Source: Emiliania huxleyi CCMP1516 (taxonomy: Eukaryota). From it: DNA of 64,000 nt. Location of the stretch: positions 216,250-280,249 of the forward strand of contig NW_005201240.1 in the NCBI RefSeq assembly GCF_000372725.1. The letters are read 5' to 3'. Shown here in pieces: positions 25,069 to 37,108 of this stretch; the first letter of the stretch is position 1; each line of letters opens with the position of its first letter. The notes beneath the pieces were generated by a model that was given only the letters and a program-made list of their open reading frames with translations, searched no databases and was not told the origin of the DNA. Position numbers and translations under genes: made by a program.

Positions 25069-26413
25069 ATGCGGTGCCATGCGCGCCATGTTGTTGCCCG
25101 CGCCAGATCTTATCGCTGCACGTTGCCACCGCCGCGCGACATCCGTGGCCTCCTCGCAGGAGTCACTCATACCGAGATGGGCCTCAGCTTCTCTCAAGCG
25201 CTCGAGCTCCTCTCGGACGTCGGCGAAGACGAGCTGGCCGAGTGGGAACAGGAGTGGCGGCACTCTTCGTCCGCCGCCGGTGGTCGACAGGAGTTGAGGT
25301 ACTGCACGCCCGCCGTCAGCGTTATTGATACGCTCTTCTCGGATAAATCGGACGGACGAGCGCTGCGTTCGCTTCACTTCAACGACAGGCTGGATATTGC
25401 ACAGGTGGGCACGCCCCATGTCCATTTGCAGCTCCCTATCCACGCATGAGAGCAGCCCAGCCTGCAGATCTCCAAACGCGCACTTCCAATCCCCCGCAGA
25501 GCTGCGCCACCGTCGACGCCGCCGGCAAGGTGCGTCACGATTGGCCTCCACCGACCAGCGGACCGACGGCTACCTTTTCCCAAGGGCTCGCCCTCGGTGT
25601 GGCCGTGCACGCCTTGGGCCACGACCGCCGCTCGCCCTCCGTGACGACGCCCCGCATCGCCGTGCTCGGCGGCGGGGCGGGCGTGCTCCCAGCCTTCCTC
25701 CACCACGCGCTCCCCGCTGCTCGCATCGACTCGGTCGAGCTCTGCCCCGACGTATGTGCGGCTTCGCGGGCGCTCTTTGGCGTTGATGCGCTGGAAGATG
25801 GAGGCCGCTTCACGCTGCACCAAGCCGACGCGCTGGCTTGGATCGACGCGGCGGAACCCGCGAGTCTAGACGTGATTTTGGTCGATCTGGAGAGTGGCGA
25901 CGTCGGCGTGGAAGCGAGAGGGCTCATCGCTCCGCCCGCGAGCGTGCTCGAACGCCCCTTTGCGTTGGCGGCGGAGAGGAGCCTCTCCGCTGGGGGTGTC
26001 CTCGCTGTCAACACCCTCGGCTCGCCCGAGCTCATTGAGGTGCGGGTACGGGGTGAGACTGAGCTCAACGAAGAAAAGAGCGGTGATAGGGGATGCATTG
26101 CCGTGATAGGGGATTGCCATTTCGGCACTCTCCCTTGCTTGTGCCCTTTCAGGCGGCTGCGGCAGAGCTTCGTGCGAGCGCATGCTGCGACGCGCCGCTG
26201 CCACCCGAGGACTTGCGAGGCGGAGACCGCTCGCAGACCATACTCTTTACCCGGCGGGAGGCCTTGGGCGGGGCGGGCACGCGGGACTCCCAGTCTCAAG
26301 AAGCCTGGAGCGCCGCGGCAGTGCGTCGCGAGCTGGATCGGCGCGCTACGCCTCCCCTCGTCGAGGACGCGTGCTCGTGGCTGGCTGGCTGGAGAGAGTG
26401 CGCAAAGGCGTGA
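25069..26413 (+). CDS. Class I SAM-dependent methyltransferase, spermidine-synthase/METTL13-C-like (3 exons)
   Basis: RSLHFN...Q|S, IAVLGGGAGVLPAFL, IDSVELCPDV, QADALAWI, DVILVD and LSAGGVLAVN motifs. Confidence 0.85.
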
Positions 26414-26442
26414 GTGGCGCACGTCTTCTTTTTTGTTTAGCC

Positions 26443-27408
26443 TTACCCCACTCTTCTCCCCTCCGCCTCGGCCTCGGCCTCGTCGACGACCAGTCTCAGC
26501 AGCTCGGCTCGGCTCAGCCGCTCGCGCCTGGCGACCCACTCGCTGCCGAGCGCCTCGGTGGCGGTGGCGCGCGGCTCGTAGCGCAGCAGCCGGTCGAGGA
26601 GAGCGAGTGCCTCGTCCGGCGCATGTGGCATCAGCGTGCCAAGCGGGGTCGGTTCGCACTCCGGGAGCTGAAGCTTGCCGTGGTCCGGAAGCGACGTTGC
26701 GGCCGGCCAGCGCTGAGACGTCGGCGAGCCCAGCAGCGCGACAACGCGAAACATCTGGTCGATGTCGGAGGCGCCGGCGAGGAGCGGAGAGAGGGTGTAG
26801 AGCTGTGCGAGCACGCACCCTGCGGCCCACATGTCGACCGGCGCGCCGTAGCTCGTCGAGCCGAGTAGCAGCTCCGGCGCGCGGTACCAGCGCGTGCCAA
26901 CGTGCGCTGTAAGCGGCGCACCGTCGCCACATCCATCCGGCCGGAGGCGGGCCTGCCCAAAGTCGGCGAGCTGGACCATTCCATCGCCGCCAAAGAGCAC
27001 GTTGCCAGGCTTGACATCACGGTGCATGACGCCCGCCTCGTGGGTCGCGGCGAGGCCGGCTAGGAGCTGCGCGCCAATGTCGCGCACTGCGCGCTCGGGA
27101 AGCGGGGTCGCTCGCTGGTCGAGGACGGCATGCAGGGAGAGCCGCATGAGAGGCAGCACTAGCACCAAGTTGGCGCCGTGCGTGTACGTCGCCACCAGCC
27201 GCATCACGTTTGGGTGCTCCACTGCCCGAAGCGCGAGCACCTCGCGGAGCGCTGCGGCGGGGAGCGAGCGCAGGTCTCGCAGCCGAATGTGCTTGAGCGC
27301 AACGTCGCGGCCGGTCCGTGTGTCCGTCGCCCGAAACACTTGGCCGAAAGAGCCCTCGCCGATCCGGTGCAGCTTGGCGTAGCGCTTCCCATCCTCGACC
27401 GCGAGCAT
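26443..27408 (-). CDS. Cyclin-dependent kinase, CDK20/CCRK-like, intronless
   Basis: IGEGSFGQV, VALK, PAAALRE (PSTAIRE position), HRDVKPGN, DFG, THVGTRWYRAPELLLGS-type activation segment (LTAHVGTRWYRAPELLLGS) and DMWAAGC. Confidence 0.92.
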   Translation of the reverse strand: MLAVEDGKRYAKLHRIGEGSFGQVFRATDTRTGRDVALKHIRLRDLRSLPAAALREVLALRAVEHPNVMRLVATYTHGANLVLVLPLMRLSLHAVLDQRATPLPERAVRDIGAQLLAGLAATHEAGVMHRDVKPGNVLFGGDGMVQLADFGQARLRPDGCGDGAPLTAHVGTRWYRAPELLLGSTSYGAPVDMWAAGCVLAQLYTLSPLLAGASDIDQMFRVVALLGSPTSQRWPAATSLPDHGKLQLPECEPTPLGTLMPHAPDEALALLDRLLRYEPRATATEALGSEWVARRERLSRAELLRLVVDEAEAEAEGRRVG

Positions 27409-27772
27409 GACGGTCGGCCGTTTCCGACGACGGGCGGGGCTGCACAGTTTCTCGTGGCCGCGTAAGTACTTGAGCAATTCAGCACAGGATAGGGTAGGAG
27501 GAAGGAAGGGAGGGCGGGTGAGGTGGAACACGTTCACACTGGGACGCCTTATCTCTTACAATTCCGCATGGACGGGACCCCTCGATCGTGTCGCCCTCCC
27601 TCGCTCGCTGGTGTGCTCATTGGGGGGGGTCATAATAACAAACACGGTACAGGATCGAGGTCCACGCCGCTGGAGGGACCCCAGAGGGTAGGTAGATCGA
27701 GCGGTGTCGTCCCAGGGAGACGTCGACGGCGATGGCGGTGTGACCGATCGAGCTACAAGAGGAACTTGTTCA

Positions 27773-28633
27773 AATAAATAAACAAAGAACTGGCCAAATA
27801 CCAAATTCCAAATCGCAAACATAGAAACCCAAATACAGGCGGCGACGTGGCATACGAGCTCATAGGAGAAGGAGACGGGCACAGTTCCAAGGACGCACGA
27901 GCGAGCGAGACAGCAGCCATGACGATGACGATTCAGCGCGTGAACGCCAAAATAAAAACGGACACCTCTACTGTGAGATGGGTAAAAAGGAACAGGCCCC
28001 CGCCCGTGCGATCTTTGTGCAGGGTTCTTTGTGGGTGTGGTCGGCGACTAGCCGGGGCCGTCCTCCCGATGGGGGACTAGCACTAGCCGTCTTCCACATG
28101 GTCCCTCGGGTCCCTGCTGCTCCTAATCTCTTCGTACATCCTCCTGCTGATCTCCGCAAAGTCCTGCTCCCTCCCTCGTCTCGCTCTGCGCGTCTGCTCC
28201 GCCTCCACATCGTCTGCCCTGCGTCGTCTGGCGACGGGTCCTCCATAGTCGGTCGAGGTCGCCGCCCTCCTCGTGCCTCTTCCCAACGTTCCCTCGGCGG
28301 CCGATGCCGTCTGCTCCGGCTCCGCCGTTCCCGTGTCTGCCCTGCTCTCGTCCGCGCTAGCTTCTGTCTCGTCATCACTGTTGTTTCTCTTCTTTTTTCT
28401 CCTCTTCTTGTATGCTTTGTACATCGCGTCGATTCCTTTTCGCGTGAGCACCACCCTGAAGCCCGCCCAGCAGCTGAACCGCTCCCTAAGTCGAAGGAGC
28501 ATCATCAGTCTCACCCACTTCGCTCGCTGCCCACTGTCACCGCTCCCTCCCGCTTGAGCCGCCGTCGCAGCCCTCGTTCGTCCCACTGGCTGTTGGCCTG
28601 TTCCCACGTTACCTCCATTATCCCTCCTCCTCC
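27773..28633 (-). mobile_element. 5'-truncated LINE copy plus ~180 bp 3' extension, flanked by a 12-bp TSD
   Basis: 27950-28633 is homologous to about 5215-5890. GGAACTTGTTCA occurs at 27761-27772 and 28634-28645. Confidence 0.85.
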
Positions 28634-28659
28634 GGAACTTGTTCAGCAGGATCCGGGTA

Positions 28660-28885
28660 AGTACTTTTAGCTGACTGGGAGAAAAGGGAGAGGTGTGTTC
28701 TCTCTCTAGGCCCCTAAAGGCCCTACGCGCGGCGTGAAAGCTCGGAAGCGAGCTTTGCACGGCGATCGAGGATGGCGCGGTTCACCCCCTTCACCGAAGC
28801 GATGGAGATGCGTTCCGCGTGGTGTGACACAAACGAGTGGCGGGAGTGGGGAGGGTAGGCGGTGCGGTCAACGCCCGGGCGCTCA
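28660..28885. repeat. Dispersed ~230-bp repeat (second copy at 48383-48613)
   Basis: Shared GTACTTTTAGCT...CTCTAGGCCCCTAA...AGCTCGGAAGCGAGCTTTGCACGGCGATCGAGGATGGCGCGGTTC...GGCGGTGCGGTCAACGCCCG. Confidence 0.85.
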
Positions 28886-29339
28886 GTTGATCAAGACCTC
28901 GCGACACCTCTCGAGCGTCGAGGCTGCCAGTCGAGTCCCCGTGCCTGTGTGCGCGGTGCGCGGCGGCGCGCCCTGCGTCCCCCGCGAGCCGCGTGCCCCG
29001 TGCCGCGCGGAGTTTGGGTCGACAGACGACAACGTGCGCACGGCGCCCGGTGGACCGACGACCGGACCGTCCCGAATGATTTTACCGCGAACACGCATCG
29101 CTCGGATCCGAACGACCGAGCAACGTGCCAACGAGCAACGTCCAACGTGCAACGAGACGAGAACACCTGTGGCGGGCTCAGGTGGCCCGTGGCCGCTGGC
29201 CCCCTCGTGGACAGCCGGACAACGGGTGAAAGCACAGTGGCACTGAACCGATTGAACGATTCACTGAATCAGTGGGAAAGACGGGTGCAAAGTGGACTGA
29301 CTTACACGTGACTTAGAAAGTGAAGGGAAAGGCACTGCA

Positions 29340-29660
29340 GTCCCTCACAACAACGGCTTCCTCAGCTCGGTCGAGCGGTACGACCCGGCGCTGGATGCGT
29401 GGGAGGCGGTGGCGCCGATGGCGGCGGCGCGGGTCGAACACGCCGTGGCGGTGCTGGACGGCAAGCTGTACGCCGCTGGTGGGTTGGGTGCCGGCTACAG
29501 CGCCCTCAGCTCGGTGGAGCGGTACGACCCGGCGTTGGATGCGTGGGAGGCGGTGGCGCCGATGGCAGAGGCGCGGATGGCTCACGCTGTGGCTGTGCTC
29601 GACGGCAAGCTGTATGCTGTGGGCGGCCTCAACTCAACCATGGCGGACCAGCTCGCTTGA
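29340..29660 (+). pseudogene. Kelch-repeat gene fragment (about 2 repeats)
   Basis: LSSVERYDPALDAWEAVAPMA.AR..HAVAVLDGKLYA.GG occurs twice. There is no upstream start or further blades, and an early stop follows. Confidence 0.75.
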
Positions 29661-29695
29661 GCGACGTCATTTTTTTTGGCCTTCCAGTATCAGAC

Positions 29696-30317
29696 ATGCG
29701 CTTTTGGCCGGTGGCCTCCTCGGACACACTCTCGCCCATGTTCGCGGCTCACTGCTGGCGATCTGCGACGCTCGCCTGGATTAATGACCTCGTGATCGGC
29801 GAGAAGCTGTGTCCATGGGCGCCGCTGGCCCTCGCTTCGCCCAGCTTCCGCCTGATCAACGTCCCAGCCCTGGAGGACCTCGAAGCCACTGCAGTCAGCG
29901 AAGCAGAACGGCTCGCAAAGACGGCATCGGATCACGCGACGACGCTGCTCGTCGTCGGCGGTAGCGGCTGTGGTGTGTCAGATTTCGCCGCGGCTTGCAA
30001 CGCCGCGGCCGTCTCAATGTCTGCGCTGGACATGGACATTTTAGCCTTCCACCCCGACCGCGTCGACACTGGCCCGGGCTGCCATCCGGACCCGGATGAC
30101 GCGGCGCACTACTCTGTGCGATCGCCTCACCCGACGCTTCAGCTCCTCCGCAAGGAGAGCGTGCGCGGCGCGCGCGCCGAGTGGAACCGCGCGCGCGACT
30201 CGAAGCTGCCAGGCGCGCTCGAGCTGCTGCACGACAACAAGCGACACCTGCGGACCATTGGCCCTCAGCGACTGCGGACGATGCTCCGAGCGTGGCGTGC
30301 GCCTTCGACGCGAATGA

Positions 30318-30359
<42 letters not shown>

Positions 30360-31171
30360 GGAGTCGGAGCATGCAGTCGGGATGGCCGCTGCTGCACGCC
30401 ATTGCTGAGGCGGGCGTGTGGGCAGGCGAGATGCACTACGCGTCTGGAGCCGCCCTCTCGCCGGCGCCGTTTGTGCTGCGCGGCACCACCTCGATCCGCA
30501 TCGACGACGTATGCGGGCTTAGATGGGGAAACAACGGGTCCGTGAACACCGACCGGCACTCGAGAGGACGCATGCGACTGTCGGCTGTACTCGGCTGCTC
30601 TCAGAGCCCTTGTACTCACGCTCCAAGTACACCGCACGAGACCGTACTCACGCCACGACTCTGGCCGCGCTCATGGCGTGCTCATGGCGCAGGCCTTCTG
30701 CACGGTGCAGTCCTCCGTGGTGCTGCCGGGCGGGAGGCAGCGGGTGGTCCGGATGAGAGGCGTCCTCCCTCCCGTCCTCGGCGCCGGCGAGGCGTGCACC
30801 GCGCGCCTCGAGCCCGAGAGCGGCGAGGGGCCCATCTCCCTCCTGCTTTCGGAGCACCCGGCACCGCACTGCACGGCTGGCCGTGCGAGCCTGTCAACAG
30901 CTCCGCTTCAGAGTCCACCTGTGAGTAGGGCTGCATCGTCCTCTCTGAGGTGAACCGCACCAGCGGCGAGGTCGTGCTGGCGTCGAGTATGGTGCTGGCG
31001 CACGCAGATCGCAGCGGGCACCGCACGACGCTTCTGACGACGTCGCACGAGCTCCGCCGCGCCGCCGGCACGGGCCTCGTCGAGGTTGGCGGCGTCCAGA
31101 TGTGGCGGATGGCGCCGCTGAGCGAGACGCAGGATGAGGAGGAGTTTATGACGTCGGGATCCATGCTGTGA
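29696..31171 (+). CDS. DUF1415-family protein with poly-Gly linker and an extra C-terminal domain (multi-exon)
   Basis: WINDLVIGEKLCPWA, LAFHPD and HYSVRSPHPTLQLLR match the DUF1415 pattern. Downstream coding exons end at the stop at 31171. Confidence 0.7.
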
Positions 31172-31315
31172 ATGGAGGTACAATACATACAACCACATGC
31201 CCAAAAGAAATACGTATTGCGATACTTGTATCACCGCCTAGCTCGACGCCATGTTTAAAAGGGCTTTTGCGCCCCCTTGCGCGTTGAGCGGGGGTGGAGT
31301 CTGGAGACGGAGAGA

Positions 31316-31524
31316 TAAATAAATAAATAAAAACGGACACCTCTACTGTGAGATGGGTAAAAGGAACAGGTCCCCGCCCGTGCGATCTTTGTGCAGGGTT
31401 CTTTGTGCGTTTGTGGGTGTGGTCGGCGACTAGCCGGGGTCGTCCTCCCGATGGGGGACTAGCACTAGCCGTCTTCCACATGGTCCCTCGGGTTCCTGCT
31501 GCTCCTAAACCTAATCTCTTCGTA
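31316..31524 (-). mobile_element. Short LINE 3'-end copy with (TTTA)n tail
   Basis: Homologous to 5710-5890 and 27950-28137. Confidence 0.85.
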
Positions 31525-31760
31525 GACTGGAGAGAGAAGTCTCAGACCATGCACAAGTTAGATGCGGCTCCGTAAACGAGCGCCGTACACGGCCAACACG
31601 GTGTGGACACATTTTCACTGCTCCGACGCTCTGAGGCGGAACACATATAGGCGCGAGACCGATGGAACACATATAGGCGCGAGACCGATGGAACGATACG
31701 CGTACATCAGCTCTCACTCACAGGTACGAAAACACAGCAGGTGCACACATTTTCAAAGAT

Positions 31761-32783
31761 TCAGAGACGCACAGTTGCCACTGGCACCTCCAGTTGGCTA
31801 CTTACCCGCAATCCCGGCACGACTCCACACTCGGCCTCTTGCATCGCGTCGCGGCGATGGCGGACGGCACAAGCGCCCCTCCGTCTCCGCCAAATGCAAC
31901 AGCCCCCCAAGCACAGCACTGCAGCGGCCGCTCCCACAGCGATAAGAGCCACCGTCCACAGCTCGAGCACTGGGCCATCGTCACCAGCGTTTTCGCTGGT
32001 GTGTTCATCAGACCGTCCTGGATCGACGTCGATGAGGGGCGTGAAGGACGGCGGCGGCGGCGACGGCGCGGAGGCAGGCGGCGGCAGCGGCGAGGCGGAG
32101 GGCGGCGGCGGCGAGGGCGAGGCGGAGGGTGGCGGCGGCGCAACGACCACCGTGACCGTGACGGGCGGCGCGTCGAAGCCGACTTTAGCCACCCCCAGCT
32201 GCTCGGCCATGCGTGTGAGGAAGGCTAGCTGCTCCGCGGCAGCCGTGATGTCCTCCGCGGCCGGCCCACCCTCGGCCTGCACGATGGTGGCCTGCACCTT
32301 GTCGTCGCCGAGATCCTCGAGGGTCATATGTTCGGCGGAGACAATCACAGGGGGGTCGCAAGTGGCGAAGGAATCGATCAAAGCGGCCTCAATGGCAACC
32401 AAGTCCATGGCGGCTAGAGCGCGCTGCCGTCGGGCCGAGCCGATCTCGAGGGAGAAGGAGGAAGCGAAAACCTCGACCTCTCCTGGTCGAATTGGCGACG
32501 GCGTTGGCGGGAGGGAGGATAAGGTGGACGGCGGCGGAGATGAGGGCGATGGTGGCAACGGCGAGGCTGAGGGCGGCGGTGGCAACGGCGACGCGGACAG
32601 CGGCGGTGGCGAGGGCGAAGGTGATGGTGGCGGCGGCAAAGCGGAGGGAGGCGGCGGCGAGGGTGAGGCAGAGGGCGGCGGCGGCGTCGGCAGCGCGGAG
32701 GGCGGCGGCGGCGAGGGCGAGGCCGACGGCGGCGGCGGCGGCGGCGGCGACGACGCGGAAGGCGGAGGCGGCAAGGGCGAGGT

Positions 32784-32827
<44 letters not shown>

Positions 32828-34578
32828 CGGGTTCGGGATCGCTGGTGGTGGTGCATTCGGGCACCACGTCCATGCAGGACTCGGGGCAGGAGTAGACCAG
32901 CCACCGAGAGCGCGCCGCAGACCAGTCACTCACGTACCAGTGCGCGATGGTGCAGAGGAACCCCTCCCAGGAGTCACAGCCTCCATACTCCTGCTCCCGG
33001 AAGGGAAGGTGCAGTGAGGGCTGGCGGCACGCCGTGTGGCAGCAGAGTGTGCGGGCGTGGGGCATGCGCACGTCTTCGTACTCCGGAGAGTCTGTGCATT
33101 GGGTGTAGGAAGGCAGCTTGCTGTTGCAGTAGATGTAGGCCGCCCCCTCGTGGTCATAAGGGTAGGCGTTGTCGCAGGTCGACGAATCGTAGACGAAGCA
33201 CCACGCACCTAGCACAGCGTTTTGGGTCGGTGGAGGAACAGACCGGACAACACCAGACGAGGGAGGGAATCGAGCCTTGCAGGTCGTTGTCCCAGTTGGC
33301 GCAGCCGCTAAAAGGCACTTCGATGCCGTTGGAGACGGTTTCGGCGGTGCAGCTGCACCGGGCGTCGCAAAGCACCCATCCTAAGCCCGGGAACGCTACA
33401 GACGGTTCCATGCTCGGGCAGCTAGTCGGATCGGTCACATAGCACCATCTATCGCCGTCGCCGATGTGGTCGCCGCAGCCAGAGATGCCCGTGTCAACAT
33501 CTCCAAATTTCCCGTCGGTGGAGCATGCGCAAGCAACCTCGGCGGGCAACGCGGGCGGGGCCGGCGGGGCTGGTGGAGACGGAGGAAGCGGTGGCGGTGC
33601 TGCTGGAGGAGGCGGTGGGACCGGCGGGAGTGGCGGGAGCGGCGGCGCGGGCGGCGGTGGCGGAGAGCGGGGCGGAGCCGGTGGCAGCGGGGAGGAGATC
33701 TGCATGGTCTCGTCGAGCCAGCCGCGGTAAAAGGAGACGCGCGAGTAGGCGCCCGGCAGGCCCTGTGCACACCCTAATCCCCAGCTGGTGATGCCTATGA
33801 CGACGCGTTCGCCAGTGCCCGCCAGCTCGGAAAGCATGGGAGAGCCGCTGTCGCCCAGGCAGGTGTCTCTGCCGCGCTGCCCGCCGGCGCAGATCATTGC
33901 TCTCGTAGAGTACGATGCGCCGTAGTTGCGGCTGCAGACGCCCTCGTTGACGATCGGGACTGCGATCTCCCGCAGCTTTCGCGGGTACGTCTGCCAGAGC
34001 GCGCCGTCCAAGGAGGTGCGCCCCCAGCCGGCGACGACTCCGTCTCCCTTTTCCCGCACGAGAGCGTCGACGAGATCGCTGTTACCGAGGTCCAGCCGCG
34101 GCAAGCCCTGCAGGCACTCGTCCGGACGCGGCTCCGAGAGGCGCAGCAGCGCAATGTCGTGAGCGAGGCTACCGGAGCTGGAGGGCGCATACTCTGGGTG
34201 CGGGATGACGTCCATGATGCCTGTGACGGCCGAGCACGGGCTGGAGGGCGAGGTAGCCCCGAGGTCGTACTCGTGGGTCAGCAGTCGAAGCTGCTGCGGG
34301 GGCAGCAATTTCCCGTCGTCGTCGACGATGCAGTGCGCGGCGGTCACGGCCCAGACAGCTGAGGCGAGGTGCGCTCCACAGGTGTGCGTTGCGAGCCGCT
34401 GCAGCGACGCGACCGACGGGAAGGCGTCTGGAGACGCGCCGGCACCGCCGATGATCAGCCTGCGGGACTCGTGCGAGTCGGCGGCCACGCAGGCGAAGAG
34501 GAGCAGCGCGATGCAGCGAGAGACATGCAGAGAGATTTGTACCGAACCCACTTGCCTACTTGGGGTTGGGATGACATG
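31761..34578 (-). CDS. Membrane-anchored trypsin-like (S1) serine protease with Pro-rich linkers and Cys-rich modules
   Basis: Hydrophobic leader CIALLLFACVAA, activation site RRL|IIGG, triad TAAHC / HDIALL / GDSGSP and S1 Asp (RDTC). Two related Cys-rich WCYV/WCFV modules, PPPSPS tracts, and a C-terminal TM helix followed by WRRRR. Start codon uncertain. Confidence 0.9.
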
Positions 34579-34933
34579 CATCGGCCCAAACACAAACTCA
34601 CACACACTCTCTCTCTCGGCCCACCAGGGCGCGTGTCGGCTAAACACGCGGAGGTGCAGACCGGCTTATACCGGTTCCGGTGCCCGCCCGCCTTCGGACA
34701 TTTCCGGGGGCCGGGAGAACTTAACGAAAGAGGAGAAAACCGAGTGAGCCCGCCGAGGCGCAGTGCTCTTGCAGAGGCGGTTAGTGGTGCACCAACCCCG
34801 GTAAACCCTTATCGCAAACCCTAGCAGTCCTCCTCCGGGAATGTACGTAAGAGCAAAATACAATACTCGTTCAGCCGCAATTCTTGTCCGCGCTGCGCGG
34901 GAAGGGCTTGGGCCCCCAACACTCGACAACACG

Positions 34934-35749
34934 ATGGACAAGTTCCTGAAGAAGAGCCGGCCGCGCGAGGCGGAGGAGCAGCCCGACGCGGACGCCGCCG
35001 CCGCCTCCAAGGTTGCGCGCACTTCCGCGGCCTCCGGCTCGGACGCAAAGCCGCTTGCGCCCGAGGTTGCGAGCCTGATCGAGCACCTGACTGACCCGCA
35101 GTGGCGCGAGGCGCTGCGCGGCGAGGTGTGCAAGAGCTACTTTGCGCAGATCGCGCGTGCCGTTTCGCTGGAGCGCGGCAAGAAGACTGTCTTCCCGCCG
35201 GCGCCCGAGGTCTTCTCCGCCTTCAACCTGACGCCGCTGCCCGAGGTGCGCGTGGTGGTCCTCGGGCAGGACCCGTACCACGGCCCTGGCCAGGCGCACG
35301 GGCTCGCCTTCAGCGTCGCGCGCGGCGTCGCTGTCCCACCCTCGCTCAAGAACATCTACAAGGAGCTGCAGGACGACTGTCCCGGCTTCAAGCCGCCGCA
35401 GCACGGCCACCTGGCGGGCTGGGCGCGGCAGGGCGTGCTGATGTTCAACGCGACGCTGACGGTGCGGAGAGGCGAGGCCAACTCGCACGCCAAGCTCGGT
35501 TGGCAGGACTTCACCGACGCGGTGATCCGCGTGCTCGACGCGAGGACGACGCCCACCGTCTTCATCCTGTGGGGCGGCTTTGCGCAAAAGAAGGGCAAGA
35601 TGATCTCGCGCACGCGGCACAAGGTGATCGAGGCGGCGCACCCGTCGCCCCTCTCGGTCACAAAGTTCCGCGGCTGCAGGGTCTTCTCCAAGGCCAACGA
35701 GTACCTCGAGCAGAAGGGATTTGCGCCCATCGACTGGGCGGCGCTGTGA
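34934..35749 (+). CDS. UNG: Uracil-DNA glycosylase (family 1), intronless
   Basis: VVVLGQDPYHGPGQAHGLAFSV, PPSLKNIYKEL, WARQGVLMFNATLTV, LWG and HPSPLS. Confidence 0.97.
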   Translation: MDKFLKKSRPREAEEQPDADAAAASKVARTSAASGSDAKPLAPEVASLIEHLTDPQWREALRGEVCKSYFAQIARAVSLERGKKTVFPPAPEVFSAFNLTPLPEVRVVVLGQDPYHGPGQAHGLAFSVARGVAVPPSLKNIYKELQDDCPGFKPPQHGHLAGWARQGVLMFNATLTVRRGEANSHAKLGWQDFTDAVIRVLDARTTPTVFILWGGFAQKKGKMISRTRHKVIEAAHPSPLSVTKFRGCRVFSKANEYLEQKGFAPIDWAAL

Positions 35750-36074
35750 GAAACACTGTGAGAGACGGCGCGACGCCGTGACAGTGAGATGAGAGGCGGC
35801 GAGGGGTGCGCTCACGCAGGGCTGTTCTCGATCGAGAGTACGCCGGTCGCCCACAGTTTCGGTCGCGAGAGGCGGCCGAGACCCCTCTCTCTCGACTCTC
35901 GCTCTCTGACTCTGTACGGCTCTACGGTACAGGCTGTCTCTACGGTGTTTACAGCAGGTGTACGCAGCGCGCAGCGACTGTCCCACCGGCGGCGGTTCGC
36001 GTAAACGGTATTTTTTTCTGAAACCTGGACACCCGCAGACCAGTCACATCTCACCAGTCAGGTGTATTCAAGCG

Positions 36075-37108
36075 TCACAGCTTCAGGTCCGCCACCGAGC
36101 GGCCGACAAACTCCTCGCTGAAGGGCGCGAGGTCGAGCTTGCCCGACGGCCGGTTGACGTAGATGGCGACGACGGTGCGGCCGTAGCGCCGGTTGCGCAG
36201 CCCGACAAGGCGGCCTCCCCCGAGGGTGGGCGGGAAGAGGCCGAGCTCGACCGGGTACTCGACCGCGACGAGGCAGTCCTCGCCGAGCAGCGGGGAGGCG
36301 CAGATGGCGCCCATCAGCTCGGCATACACCACCTCCTCGTACGGCGGCGTCACCGTCACGAGGTCGTACGGCCCCTGCAGCCCGTGCCGCGACGGGTCTG
36401 CCAGCACGCTCATCACGTCCGCCTCGACAACGTCGATCCGCTCGCCCTCGCCCAGCGCCTCGCAGTTGGACCGGATCGTCCCGGCGCACTCAGCGGAGAA
36501 GTCGACGAAGGTCGCGTGGCCGACGCCGCGAGAGAGCGCCTGAGGGAAGGGGAGCGGGCTTCTGCACGCACGCTCGTGTGGGGCCAAGGGCAGAAGGGGG
36601 GGTTGGGAGCGAGTGAGTGCGTCCATCCGGAGAAGAGGGAGAGCGCGCGCGCCTCGATGCCGACGACTCCGGAGCCAGAGAAGAGGTCGAGGGCGCGCGC
36701 CGATTCGCGGAAGACGCCGGTCGGGTAGAGCATCGAGAAGAGCGCCTCGCGCACGCGCGACATCATCGGCCGCATGTAGACCGACGGCGTCACCAGCCGG
36801 CGGCCGCGGTGCGCGCCGCCAGACACCTGCAGCCGCTGCAGCGAGCGCTCCTGCCCATCCTTGCCCTGCCTGCGCAGCCGGCCCGGCCGGCTCGCCACCT
36901 GGCCGCCCGGCGCCGAGTTGCGTAGCCGGCGCGGCGCGCGCACCCTGGCGGTCGGCAGCGCGTCGGCTGGCGCGTCCGCGGGCGAGCAGCAGCGCGGCGC
37001 GGCGCGGGCGGTGGCGGGCGGCAGCAGCGGGCCGGCGAGCGGCGGCCTCGGAGGCGCGGCGGAGCCGACCGCGGAACAGCACGCTGCGAGGCCGATCAGG
37101 AGGCGCAT
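36075..37108 (-). CDS. rsmD: RsmD-family 16S rRNA m2G966 methyltransferase, probably plastid-targeted (2 exons)
   Basis: LQVSGGAHRGRRL, RPMMSRVREALFSML, LDLFSGSGVVGIE|ALSRG, TPPYEEV, VEYP and RRYGRT. Signal peptide plus transit-like leader. Confidence 0.9.

Noticed and set aside
34934..37108. UNG, RsmD, Nudix and DUF1415 as a bacterial or viral HGT island
   Set aside because: The genes have host-like GC and codon usage, most have spliceosomal introns or targeting leaders, and they are not clustered as an operon.
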